NCBI GenBank assembly: GCA_030141605.1 | Contig: JAQGDQ010000118.1 | Location: 186,001 to 250,000, forward strand | Reading direction: 5' to 3' | DNA length: 64,000 nt | Origin: Tubiluchus corallicola | Lineage: Eukaryota; Animalia; Priapulida | Part shown: positions 51,874-64,000 of the stretch, piece after piece | How positions within the stretch are numbered: position 1 is the first letter of the stretch | How the letters are laid out: every line of letters starts with the position of its first letter | The notes under the pieces: generated by a model | Told to the model about the DNA's origin: nothing | Databases searched by the model: none | The model's input: the letters and a program-made list of their open reading frames with translations, nothing else | Translations under genes and position numbers: made by a program

Positions 51874-53771
51874 CTGAAATGAAACAAAATAAAAGAAATT
51901 AATTAAAATTTCTACGCAGGCATGTCATGCTTGGCAACTAAAATGACAATGCAGAGCTAAAATTATTAAGCAAATAAAACTGGAACGACAAATTATAAAT
52001 GCAAAAACGTCAGCTAAAAAGGTAAAGTATTTAAGCGAAATCAGTACCCGCACCAGTTCAGTGTTATACCGTCATTATGCGTGTCAATGAAATCCGCACT
52101 TTATATTAAGAACATTTATGTTAAGAACATTTATAAAATATACATTATTTTATAAATGATGTTAGTTCTTAGGCCAGCTTATATTTTGAAGTGGCAAAAT
52201 TAGAACACGTAAGTTTACATTGGGCAAAATTCACATTACTTAGATCAAAAATACGATAAAATAAAAAAAAAACAATAAAATATATACAAAGTGTAGATTT
52301 ATCAAAATTAGGAGAGATCGCTGAACTAATGTAATGATGTTTTATAAGGATCTGTTAAATTTGCAATATTTTAACAAGCAAGTTTCGGCTAGTTTCTAAC
52401 TAAAAACTGATATTTCAATTGATTTTATTAATGAAATTCATAATAGCCGATGGAGATTTCGAAATTCTTGAGAAGTGGTTAGGTCTACTGATATCTTATA
52501 TCAGAATAAATTTAAATTTATTAGGTGGCACGAGTTCATGTATGCACGGCAAACATAGCTAGACTATTCCGCATTATGACGAGACGTGACAAATTTAAAG
52601 CAGAAAGACATTACATCGTTTTTCAATTTGCGTCTCAACTTGTGACATTGAATTTAACCTCTACGTTTTACACAACTGATTTCATCGCCTCTCCGAGGAA
52701 GAGAAATCTTTCGATGATTGATTAAAAACCAGCTGACAACAAATCATGCTCGAATTCTGGTTTTAACATAATTTACAATTCAGTTACATGCTGGCCATTC
52801 TGTGCATGTGTGTGAGGAATGCTGTGATATAAACACATGTAAATAAGTGAGAGATGACTGTACTGCAAAATTTATGTTACAGGAACACTGTCCCTGGAAT
52901 GTCATTAGTGTGCCCTCCTTACTTAATAACAGCTGCTTATGTTGTTCACACACAAACTAATTGTAACCTTTGGCATGCCATTGACAACAATATATTTATT
53001 TTATACAAAATTCTTAATTTTGACAATAAAATGAAACTAGTAAACATGCAAATAACTTTATAAAGACAAAATTTATAAAACATGATTGAAGAAAAAAACA
53101 GAGGAAACACGATAGTGTTCTGTATAAAATTATATAATGTATCATTTTTATTACTATTTCATTGTTATGAAGTTCCTTGTACTTGATTTAGCTGAAAATT
53201 GGCCATTTTATTTGTCATTTTCACTTAGTCTCAGCATAAAACTGTTACTTGGCAAAATTACGAGTCTGCTGCGGCACCTGGTGTGAAATGTGATAAATTT
53301 TTCGGTATTAACGCACGACTTTGCAAATGATGCAATTATTACAAGATTGTTAGTGCGGCTTCTGCTAAATAGTGCCCTCTGACAAATACCGCTGAATAAT
53401 GTGGAATGTAATAGGTAGCATAACATTAAAATTGTCCAAACAAGAGAAATATATTCTCAAATTTCCAGCTATCCACAACACCACAATTTCGAAATTTCTA
53501 ACTGAAGATGGCGCCAGCTGTTCAATATTCCAGTATTATCATCACTCATCAACGTAAGACAGAAAGCACGCGTTTTGAACGACAGACAGGTAAGTGTCAC
53601 GACGGTAAAATGCTACTATGGTAAAAACAAAGACAAAAAACGAGCGAAAACCTTTTGAACTGCAAGTCAGTTTGTTCCAATGGTAGTGTGAAGTGCTGCT
53701 ATAAGTACAGCCCAATCCGCAGTTCAAAAGGAAGACTACCGCGTGTTACTACTACAATCAGTGTACTGAGA

Positions 53772-53778
<7 letters not shown>

Positions 53779-53848
<70 letters not shown>

Positions 53849-53880
53849 AGGGAGAGGGAGAGGGAGAGGGGGGAAGAGAG
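53779..53880 (+). repeat. (GA)n microsatellite and G-rich polypurine tract
   Basis: About 30 AG units followed by G-runs. A similar purine tract lies at 62919-62996. Confidence 0.95.
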
Positions 53881-54757
53881 AAACGGTGAGAACGAGAGGA
53901 AAAGAATGAATAAGTCGATTGAAGAAAAAATGAGGAAACACTAAGAAAATGGGAAAGTAAAGAGATGGGGAGTGTACAAAAAGCGGCAAAACAGCCAGTT
54001 ATTTTAATTTACCTAGATGTTTGTTTAACTGCCTGAATTAGTCACAGCATTATCTCAGTTTATACATAGGCAGATTATATCACGCTCTTATTATATTGCT
54101 GCTCTCTGAAATACCGATATTTTATCGGGACATCAACTTATCAATCATTTAACTTGTTAATATTGAAACGAGGCACTCATGTAAATGTAGCCAAAGTAGT
54201 TGTAGTGGGACTTAGTCAGCTTAAGTGGGCTGTGAATTAATGGTTATTTAAACACGTCAGGTGCGTGATCTAACTCAATAATTTCGATGTTCCAAAACGA
54301 GGTTCGGTCAGTTCTCTCAAAACATGGCCCGGTCAAATACGCACCAACTTATAAAGGAGGCAAACAAAAATACTGAGACTTAAAATAGTGATATCTGTGT
54401 GATAGGAAAGCAAAATAATTATTCAGCTTTATGCCATCTATCGAATAACATGAAAAAAAATATTAATCTAATCAAATGACAAAATGAATAGGCCTACAAC
54501 TAACGTTTTTAAATTCACTGGACTGACTGGAGTAGTAAACAGTAATATTCAGTAACGAACTAAAAATTAGATTTATAATATTTATACTGTATAACAAAAA
54601 CTGATGTAAAGTTCATTATGATTTATGACGTCACTTAATATATTGGGTTGTGTTTAGGTTTATTTTGCTACAGTAAGTTATGTAGTGTTCAATATGTTTA
54701 TTGATAGGCAGTATTGCTATATCTATTAAATTACTATAAATTTACAACAACTTAAAT

Positions 54758-54908
54758 CAGGGACGTTACCGAAACGAAAATTTCGTGCCGATAATTGCAC
54801 TTTCGGTTCAGTTTCTTTTTCGTCAAAAATGACTAAGTTTGACTCTTTCGACAATTTTCGGTAGATTTTTCTGAGGTTTTAGTAGTATTTATCCAATTTA
54901 CCAGTTCT
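54758..54908. mobile_element. Same repeat family, copy 2 (left end)
   Basis: Begins CAGGGACGTTACCGAA, an inverted match to the right end of copy 1. Internal homology to 34998-35095. Confidence 0.55.
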
Positions 54909-56382
54909 TAGATGAAAAGATTCCTGTATGCCAACTTTCTTACGTATTTTAATTATGACACTTCAAGATTCATAGATGTTATGTAAGTCTAGTTTTACGG
55001 TTTCTTCATGACATTTACAACACTAGAAACTTCTTAAACACAGTGCTTTGCATGTGTCTTTGACACTCACTACAAAAGCGATTCAACTAACAGATGCACA
55101 TTCAAAAACTAGCAAGTGTGCTAATTTGCAAAGGTACACCACTGTTGTGTTAGTTAAAGACTGAAATGGCAAGAGCTGAAAATTCGTTTTGAGATGTCCT
55201 TAGCTAACATTATAAAAGGCACGTGGGTTTCAGTTAGGTATCCTAAAATGTGCACATTTGAATCCGGATTGGATAGTATATAATGACTTAAGATATTAAT
55301 GAGATGAAGTCGTCCTAATGGTAAATGTATTTTATTTTACTGTTAAAGAAATCAAAGCTCGATGAGTTGTCATTGGAATTCCATTAACAATATGATTTCT
55401 GTAGTTATGTTTAGACCAGTGATGTTTACCAGAATCACAAGCGCGTAAAAACTTAATTTTTAGCAGAAACTACATTCTTACTACGTTGTTGTATTTTGTT
55501 CCTGATGGTGTGGGTGAGACACCAACTTGCACGACACCAAATATTAGCAGAATACAAAACACCACAAATCATCCCGCAAAAATCTTAAAAATACCTTTAA
55601 CCTAATATCTGGCCATCTAGATATTCTGACAGATTCCATAATAATGCCAAATTTCAGTTACATTTAGCAGTGTTGAACTTATATGGTAGAAACTGACTGA
55701 ACAACAGCAGTAGCATCAATAGCACCAAACAGAGAATTTCTCATGACCATAAAGTGTTTTTTATGGCACAGTAGAAAATGCACATATAACGTGTAGTGAC
55801 TTAGGTCTAGAACACATCTAAATTATACCAGGTATCTTTACTTTGTAACTGATTAAAGACTTTGAAGCGTTAACAAATATTATAAAAACTGCTGACAGAT
55901 TGGCTAGGAGATGTGACAACTCCAAATTTTTTTAGGTGTATTTGCCTTGCTATGAAAAAATCATTTGAGTGTTCTACCTCAAAGTGGCATGCTTGTATTT
56001 TATTTGATTTCATATCTACCTTAGTGAAAGACTTATTGCAGTTTGAGAACACTAGCTTCTCTGTGAAAAATTACTTTTTATGGTATCTCATGGTATCTAA
56101 AGTGTATGTGAAAACCCAATAAGTTTTCAGTGTACAAGCTTCGTGGTGCAATGCCAATTTATGCAGCTGTGTTAGCATCACCGGTTTTAAGAGCACCTGC
56201 GTCACCATGAAATCACTATTTGAATATCTCAGGACATCAGCCTCGTTGCAAAAAGTCAAATTCTGAGTGTACCCGTCTCACTTTGAAAAAGTACATTGTT
56301 AATGCACCTGCTTCACTGTGAAGTGTCGGAGAAACCCTTTTGGATGTAAATTTTGGATTGCAAAACAGAACTTTTTTATGCA

Positions 56383-56388
<6 letters not shown>

Positions 56389-56444
<56 letters not shown>
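56389..56444. repeat. (TA)n microsatellite
   Basis: Pure TA run. Shorter runs lie at 6256-6280, 43106-43133 and 62130-62149. Confidence 0.95.
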
Positions 56445-56447
<3 letters not shown>

Positions 56448-57293
56448 ACGCGCGCCAAGCGATTTTTAATGTACCAGCTTTTCTGCCAATGGGTATGAAC
56501 TGCAGCATCACTTGTGATGGAAGAGCCGCTTACTCAATTTCATGTCACAATGTATCTTAAACAAAATGATGAATGACTACAGTGCTAAGCTGCATTTTTT
56601 TACAACCACGTGGGTTCCTGAGCACAAAACAAAGTACGGACTGTCCAATTTTTTATTGCTTTATGGCAATACCTTAAAGGAAACGGCAAGCATTCTGCAT
56701 AATTAGGCTTATTTCAATGTTTGCGAAAAATGTTGTAGAAGGATTTAGTAATAAAAATGTGATAAGTGCTTCGTGCAAATAGTAAAATCGCGGATCATTT
56801 CATGCTTGGACGCTCCTATTTTGAACTCCCATTCTTCCACCAATGACGTTGTAAACAAACTGAAGAAAAGGCACGCTTTGTCAAAATGTAAAATGTGCTG
56901 TCAAAAGTATTATAAATTTTTACAAAAAAACAGACAGCTAATTTTGTGACATGGCGTGTTCACATGTTCACTAAGTGACCTGCACAAGTTTGAATTAGTT
57001 TAAGCAACGCACACTTACGGAAAGTCACGAAGTCCACCAGTTACGTCATAACTTTTAAGTGAATGGCGACTACCACTGCGCTTGAAGATTTTTATAAAGT
57101 GGTAGTATAAATTAACTTTATGCTTTATAGAGAGTTTTTTGCAAATTTCTTTGTTACGTGTTTTTTCCTTCAAACAAAACACTTGGCCCTTGAATTCTTT
57201 ACGTGGGTCATTTGTCTCGAGTTGGATCTTAATTTATATATCTATATGTACAGGTAATGTACGCCTAACTAGAAAAAAGAACCATGAACTTAC

Positions 57294-57455
57294 GTCTGAG
57301 AGAGGGTCCCGGGAGCTTACCCGTAGTGGTCCATTTAACACAGGTGTGGAAGCTGGCCGCGTATTCTCATCATTGTGGCCGAATTCACTGCTAGCTGACG
57401 GTGTACTACCATCACTGTTATTGTTATTGTTGTTGATCATATTGGCACTGTTGGT
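57294..57455 (-). CDS. AUTS2: Internal coding exon (162 nt, phase 0-0) of an AUTS2/FBRSL1-family gene, equivalent to vertebrate AUTS2 exon 3
   Basis: Minus-strand acceptor ttttgtgtgtttcag|ACC and donor GAC|gtaagt. The frame is open: TNSANMINNNNNNSDGSTPSASSEFGHNDENTRPASTPVLNGPLRVSSRDPLSD. The C-terminal SSRDPLSD resembles the recalled human exon-3 end SSRERLSD. It joins in frame to the next two exons. Confidence 0.85.
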
Positions 57456-59899
57456 CTGAAACACACAAAAACAATGCTACAGAAATTTATATTTACACAA
57501 TATTCATAATATGCCACCAAAATTGATAAAATTGGTTGCACAGAGACTAGAATGCCACAATATGCAACACATGTAATTTCCAAACACACTGTTTGTGATA
57601 TACTAAAATTACTAATTAAGACACAAGGAGTAGTTAAATGACTTAATGTTGGTCAACAATTCAATCATTTTATCAGTTACAATAATAGTTGATATTAATA
57701 ACATTAATGACCAAATGCTGACTTGTTATGAACACCCTTTGATGTTATATCATCATACTGTGTATAGACAATGATTTTCCATACTAGCAAATGTTTATAA
57801 ATGAGAGTACTATACTTATGCCCCAATTTGCTGAAGTAACTTAACTAACTCTACATTTGCTGGAAGACTATCAGTAAATTCAAAGTGTCATACATGACAT
57901 GGACACTCAGTAATACACTGCTAAGTTTCCCAGATTTTACTGTACGTTGGGGCAATAAAAATTTGATGATGCTACAGGAGTTGAAAAAACGAACTTTTCA
58001 CAACATGCAAGGAAAAATCAATACATTAACACTAACAAAGAATATCATTAAAAATAATGCCTATGGGTATAAAGCTGTTCTTACAGCCACTAACAATCAG
58101 TGTAAGCTAGAGAAATGTCGCGCTAGTGTCTTTGGTAAAATTTCTTTTGTCGTCACCATCTGGATTGTATATAATTATAACGGTGCTATTTTTGTAATTC
58201 CAATATTAATAAATGATTTAAATAGGCTGTCAGTCAACTAATCATTCAGTTTCAAATATAAAATTTCACATTGCACATATACAATGCACTCTTACAATGT
58301 TTCACACTGGCACTTTCTTTAACTGTAAAGTAATAATGTTCGCAAATCAATAATTCCAGCAGTTTCCGAACATTGCTCCAACAAATGGAAAAAGATTTCC
58401 AATAATTTGTTCTAAAAAAGAACGTAATTCATTTAGTGTACACAGTAGCTGAATTACATTTACGATAGATTATTACGTATCATCTCATCCAATAAAGAGC
58501 AATATTACTGCAATAAGCAATTAAAAGTGAATATTCTCATGAAAGACCACAGAATACACGAATCAGAAAATGTTTTATTCTACGAGTAGCTGAAATTAAA
58601 CAAGCCTAAGAGACTGTAACACATTTTTCCGAAGATTCACCGTCTGGGCAGTTTTTTAGACTAACCTTCAGATAATTATTCTCTTGAAACACAGAGCACT
58701 TCTCTCGCAATTTCTTATTAGTCTTTTAAACCTTAACACTTACATCACAATTAAGACCAAATTATGCATTTGCTATAAATTCATAATATAGATAAATGAA
58801 ATTTTTATTAACTAGTTAAAGTCTTACGTATTTTCTATTCCTGAATATTAGCAATTGAGTTACCTACAACTAATATTACGACAATTATAAAAATACTGAA
58901 AATGAAAACAAATGTTGCAGAAACCGTTCAAACAGCTGTTAAATACAGTAGAATTTCTCCACGTAAAGAACAATTAGTTAGTTACTTAAAGTTTCACGTT
59001 GTTCAAGTTTTGTAATTTCTAATCAATTATGACCAAAGTTAGGAGAAATCTGAAATTTCGAGCAACTTAATTCAGCTTTTTACGATCTTGCATCGCAATC
59101 AGGAGATTGCATTACTGTCATTTACTGTATTATTAGTATAAATGCTCACTTATTTAGTCGTTTATACAAACATGCCAATTGGCTAGACATTTTAAGTGTT
59201 TTGATCAAATACTTCAGTGAATAAATAAGTATGTGTTTAACAAAAACAAAAAAAATCACAATGGCCAAGCATGAGAAGTACTGCTTGTCGATCAATTACC
59301 CTTAGGCTTATTAATACTAGGCAGGTAGCAGATTACCATTATTCAGGTACTAGGCATGTATCAGCTAGGCGTACAGGTAGGGAATTCGTGCTAATTAAGT
59401 CTGGGGAGTATAGAGCTGTTATGAAGGTCATTCAAAGATGGTAGAATCAATGATGTAAAGACCAATATCAGGGCCAATAAGAGGTTTCAGAGCAGGACGC
59501 AGTATGTGTCGTTTAAAAAAACAAGATATTTGTTCGAATGCGATTGCTGAGCGCCGGGCAAGTGAAAGTGTACGTATATATACTAAACATGTGAAGTTTA
59601 TGAAATTTAACATTACTCAACAGATCTGGAAAGATCTAAGAGCTCACACATCACTTACAAAGTTTTCTCTGAATGACAACTACATGTATAATTTACTCAG
59701 ACCAACTTCTTAGATTCTAAATGACGTTTGGCCTTGCGATTAGCGCCTCTGTGATTTAAGAAAAAGGCAACTACGTACACTAGACAAATCAACTCGTAGA
59801 TCCCATATGAGGCCTACGCGTTCCCCGTTTAGCCTGCAGTCTCAGAAATCATATCTAATGCTAAATTGCAAGTTGACACACATTTGACTACGCTGCAAT

Positions 59900-60600
59900 C
59901 ATAGGGCAATGAAAATAGCTTTCTTTTACACTTGTTATAACTTTCAGTTCTTTAGTAATATAGGCATTGTAATTTCACCACAGTGGTATACTATAGACAC
60001 TAAGTCTTGCGCAATAAGTTTTAAGCTATTGTATCCTTAACATCTTTACTACAAAATGTAACATTTCTAACAAGAATGATTGCTCTTGCTGCAAGAAGAC
60101 ATTTTTGTCTCGTAATATCCTCATTATCAGTGGCCAAATTTGTTATAATATGTCTTAGATATTTATCCGAAAATACAGGTTTCCGAAACACAACTATTTC
60201 AATAAATGTCAGCAAAAGGTATCGATGTCATATTTTGCGGAGTAATAGTTAGTAGAATTGTCTTTGGGAGTTCAAGATGACGTCATACTTCTTAGCAAAC
60301 ATTTGATATGTATCTAACAACGTAGTCATTGACCTTACTGCATTAGAAATCAAACAAATATCATCAGTGAAAGAAAGGTGATTCATAAACAAACCACTAA
60401 TCGGACAACCGGCGTGAGCATTGTATAAATTAAAGTTCAAGTCACTAAAATAGAAATTGAATAGCTACGGATATAAAATTCCTCCCTGCCTTTACACTTT
60501 TACCAACATAAAAATTGCTTGAAGTTTACCCCACCGAATGCAAAGACTTCGATTAATATAAAAATATGCCAGCAGTCTGACAATAATTTTTAGCAAATTT
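59900..60600 (-). mobile_element. Decayed non-LTR retrotransposon (LINE) reverse transcriptase fragment, RTE-X/L2-like
   Basis: Minus-strand translation shows RT motifs broken by stops and frameshifts: IRWG...RQGGILYP*LFNFYFSDL...GCPISGLFMNHLSFTDD (YADD-like)...KYLRHII...DNEDITRQ...FCSKDVK. The clade assignment is inferred. Confidence 0.85.
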
Positions 60601-60629
60601 TAAGGGAACGCACAGTGATAAGACTACTA

Positions 60630-61030
60630 ATCTATTAAAATTAAAATCAAGATGAAGTGATCTTGGCATGCACTACGGATGTGCCAAGTTTAATTGCTTT
60701 TGCCTCAACTGCCTTTTATAATGTGAAACATTCAACACGCACTGTAAAAACTTCGAGGTCAAAAATTCAAGGTCAAAGGTAACATAGTGAACCTTCCCCC
60801 AATAGTACTAAGCACTCAATTTGATTTACTTAGGCCAGCGGCCTAGAAGAGATAATCTTTTGTTAGAGTACAAAACACTAAGTAACAGTACAGAATAATT
60901 TACTACATCAAAGTACTGCTGAAACAATAGAGAAGCTATCATATCCCCAAAGTTCAGTGCGAAAGTCCGCGCGTCTCGCGGAGCCTGCAGTCTTGACTTC
61001 TTGAGGGGCGTGGTTGGAGCGTGACCTTGA
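60630..61030. mobile_element. Non-autonomous Helentron/HINE-like fragment between the LINE and Tc1 relics
   Basis: Motifs typical of these elements: gtgccaagttt, tcaaggtcaaaggt, gtgaccttga. No coding capacity. Confidence 0.35.
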
Positions 61031-61385
61031 AAAGCCTGGGATTAACTTTTTTCGAATGGTATGGAAATGGGAAATTCACGGGACCTCAATCTCGTCAAAC
61101 ACATTAGAACTATCTTGAAAGACAGAGTGGATGCTAAAATGAGCCATTGAACACATTCAACAGATAAACTTGCGAGACATTTACAAGATACGTTAGAGGA
61201 TCTTTATTTTTCGAGTCACAGTTCCAATCATACGCTCAAAACTGCAGACTGGCAGAGACGTCTACGTTTCCACATCAAATTTTGAGTACTCGCACTATTA
61301 TATGAGCAACACTTCGATGTAATACGGTGTTTTGTATTAGTATCTGATGTCTTTGTTCCAGCAAAAGTTTATACACTACCTTGTA
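61030..61385 (+). mobile_element. Tc1/mariner transposase relic (C-terminal DDE region and probable right end)
   Basis: GINFF...GNSRDLNLVKHIRTILKDRVDAKM resembles the Tc1 WPxNSPDLNPIE motif. It is frameshifted and ends in a TIR-like ...aaaagtttatacactaccttgTA. Confidence 0.7.
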
Positions 61386-61388
61386 TAC

Positions 61389-61602
61389 AACACCTAAAGC
61401 AAGATCTGAGCAATCAGAACGAATTTGAACACCTAAAGTAAGATATGAGCAATCAGAATGAAGTTCAACACCAAAAGATCCGGGCAGTCAGATTGAAGTT
61501 GAACACCTAAAGTAAGATCCGAGTAATCAGAATTCAACACCTAAAGTGAGATACCAGCAATCAGATTGAAATTGAACACCTAAAGTAAAGTTCGAGCAAT
61601 CA
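61389..61602 (+). repeat. Minisatellite, about 6 diverged copies of a 34-39-bp unit
   Basis: Unit AACACCTAAAGTAAGATCYGAGCAATCAGAWTGAARTTS is repeated head to tail, with no unique spacers. Confidence 0.9.
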
Positions 61603-62177
61603 TTCAATGTGAAATCGAAGTTCAGCTGTGTCGTAGTGCTTTTTTTCGCTAATCACGGGTGGCAAATGTCAATTTTAAAATTTTGAAAAATACGAGAAAC
61701 GTTTCTAGAATTTTGATAAATTGCTACTGTACGATAGGGAAAATAGCGTGTCACTTATATACCCTTCTCAACACTCATGTTTGTTTTTCTACAATTTATT
61801 CATATCTATATGTATAATTTTACTGAATGTCAAACAAACTGAAATCAAATTAGTACTACTACACGTGCGACAAATTCTACTAGATAGGCCCTTAAAGTTT
61901 TAAAGGAAACATGCAAAACGTTTAGGCGGATTTCTTACACGTGGCAGTCCATTTTAAAGGACAACTACAAATTCTAGTAAAAAAACAACCCAGAACCCCA
62001 GATACATTCATAATAACAATAGATATAGTTATACTCGGATTTATACAAATAGAATAACTACAGGTAAACACCGATTTTTACCGGAAATTGTTTATACGGC
62101 TAAAAAAATCACTAGAAAATAATAAACTAATATATATATATATATATATTAGTGACTATATTATTGACTGATATATT

Positions 62178-62297
62178 ATATCATATCATATCATATCATA
62201 TCATATCATATCATATCATATCATATCATATCATATCATATCATATCATATCATATCATATCATATCATATCATATCATATATCATATCATATCATA
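62178..62297 (+). repeat. (ATATC)n pentanucleotide microsatellite
   Basis: More than 20 units of TCATA, embedded in TA-rich sequence. Confidence 0.95.
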
Positions 62298-64000
62298 TTA
62301 TATTATATCAATATATATATATATATAATGATCAAATATATGTAGTGGTTTATTATTTTCTAGTATTATTTTTTAACCTGTATGAACAATTTCCGGTAAA
62401 AACATATTCATATATGCATAATGTACGTAATTATAGATACATATTATATTATCCATTTATTAAGTTAACACTGCACAATTTCTCTTATAGCGTTGACTTG
62501 ATGTGTCTTCATGAGATGATGATTTACAAATTTTGTATGTTACAGTTCTGTATGTACATGGACACACTGGCATTGCATATAAAAATCCAATGTAACGTAT
62601 TTATATCACACTTGCTCATAGCGTTTTTTAAATCATGTAAATTGGGCGTATACACTATGCAGCCTCATATGCAAACAAACCAAATTAATTACAAATTATG
62701 TGACAATTGACCAGAACACGTGGCCACGAGCCCAATTAACGCAAAGAAAGGCAAAACCATGCCGTTGTGTATTGTACGATCACGTTCTTCAAACAGTAAA
62801 GTTGACGTAAATAAGCAGAAACCCGCCCACTTGAGAAATAATCCGGTTCACAGCAACGCAATGAAATGAACGCGTAAAGCTCTTAATTTATTATTCCATC
62901 AAATTATTAAGAAGTTTGGAGAGCGAGCGAGAGAGAGAGAGAAACAGGAGAGAGGGGAGGGAGAGAAAAAGAGGGGGGGGGAAGGAAAGGGGAGAGTTGA
63001 CAAATGCATAAATGAGATCCTTAATCACGAAAATTTAGTATTAATTTATTTGGTGAAAAACAACAAAGTCATACAAATATATGTTTCTCTCTGCTTCCAA
63101 TTTTGAATAATACGAAAAATAACAAGTGCTTTACACAAATTCCACAACGGCGACGTCCTCAGAAGGCAGGAATCCTGACATTCATTGATTTCGTTATAAA
63201 ATTACACACCAAATTTTGTTTAAACTATGATAAACTGAAAAGAATGGTTACACTGTAGACTTTCGAAGTAAGCCAAACACTGCAAACTATAATACTGGTG
63301 TTATAAACAACAAAATTATTCTTCACTTATTACGCTGATACAACACAAATACTTCGAACTAAGATAATGTACTGATAAACATAATGTATAATTAGTAAAT
63401 GTGTAAATTTGTCACTGATTTTCAGCATTAAACCAAAAGTTAACATCAATTTTTCTTTGTTTGAAAGTAAATAAAATGCATCACAAAGTTGAAGCAACAG
63501 TGGTCCAAACGAGACTTTCTAATTTAAAATCGTTCCATAATGATAATTCCAGCGTTTAATGATTGATCACAAACTGATTAAAAATTCAAACAAGCTTTAA
63601 TCCTGTACTGCATTGTAAATGGCTAGCAGAAGAAAGTATTATGACAGCATGTGACCTCAATGCTTTTGACAATCACTACTTCACTTGTTGACAGCTCTAC
63701 CAAAGATCAACATCTACCTAGCCAACTTTGCAACGCCATTATTATACAAAGTGATCTCACTAATGCCAGACGTATCATCATCGTCATCGTTTCCTAACCT
63801 AATACGGCTTATATAGCGCGAGACAAGGGCATCCTTAGGCTTGTACGCGTGGCTAGCTCAGATTGACAATCGATACGTGTATAAGCAGTGAGAAATAGCT
63901 CCCAAATGCTTTCACTGTACGTTCACGCGCTACACAAATACTACTGGATGGTGGGCTTCCTCATAAACAACTGATGAAGCCACCAGCACGTGCTGCACTA

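Noticed and set aside
53655-53989. ORFs with RE or SL repeats (also IY-repeat ORFs at 56237-56560)
   Set aside because: These are translations of (GA)n and (TA)n microsatellites.
57139-57459. 106-aa + strand ORF with a hydrophobic tail
   Set aside because: It is the antisense shadow of the real minus-strand exon; the poly-Leu stretch comes from the Asn codon run.
57861-57880. TGGAAGACTA, matching the miR-7 5' end
   Set aside because: The match stops after 10 nt and no precursor hairpin is evident.
61389-61602. Possible CRISPR array
   Set aside because: The units are contiguous diverged repeats with no unique spacers, there are no cas genes, and the context is eukaryotic.
63949-63985. Hairpin tggtgggcttcctca/tgatgaagccacca as a pre-miRNA
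   Set aside because: The stem is only about 13-14 bp and does not extend.

Overview
AT-rich, gene-poor eukaryotic (animal) genomic DNA. Its repeat content and composition suggest a marine invertebrate, possibly a tunicate, but this is inference only. Almost all ORFs in the supplied track are chance ORFs. The only well-supported protein-coding sequence is three short minus-strand, phase 0-0 exons with canonical splice sites: 57455-57294 (162 nt), 51873-51838 (36 nt) and 45942-45907 (36 nt). They splice to ...PLRVSSRDPLSD|CSSRPSSGKGYM|CDSERSEDERDR, which matches, motif for motif and junction for junction, my recollection of vertebrate AUTS2/FBRSL1 exons 3-5 (...RSSSRERLSD|SSAPSSLGTGYF|CDSDSDQEEK). 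I found no following exon, so the remaining 45.9 kb appears to be one giant intron. That intron holds CpG-rich patches with homotypic TF-motif clusters (posterior Hox/Cdx, K50 homeodomain, RFX X-boxes) and many decayed transposons (hAT MITEs, Helentron/Helitron-like pieces, foldbacks). A LINE RT relic and a Tc1 relic lie at about 60-61 kb, upstream of the exons. The most unusual structure is a palindromic element of two divergent tRNA-Thr(TGT)-like units, each with an encoded CCA and a T5 terminator. I see no CRISPR array, rRNA or prokaryotic system, and no entirely new system can be claimed from sequence alone.
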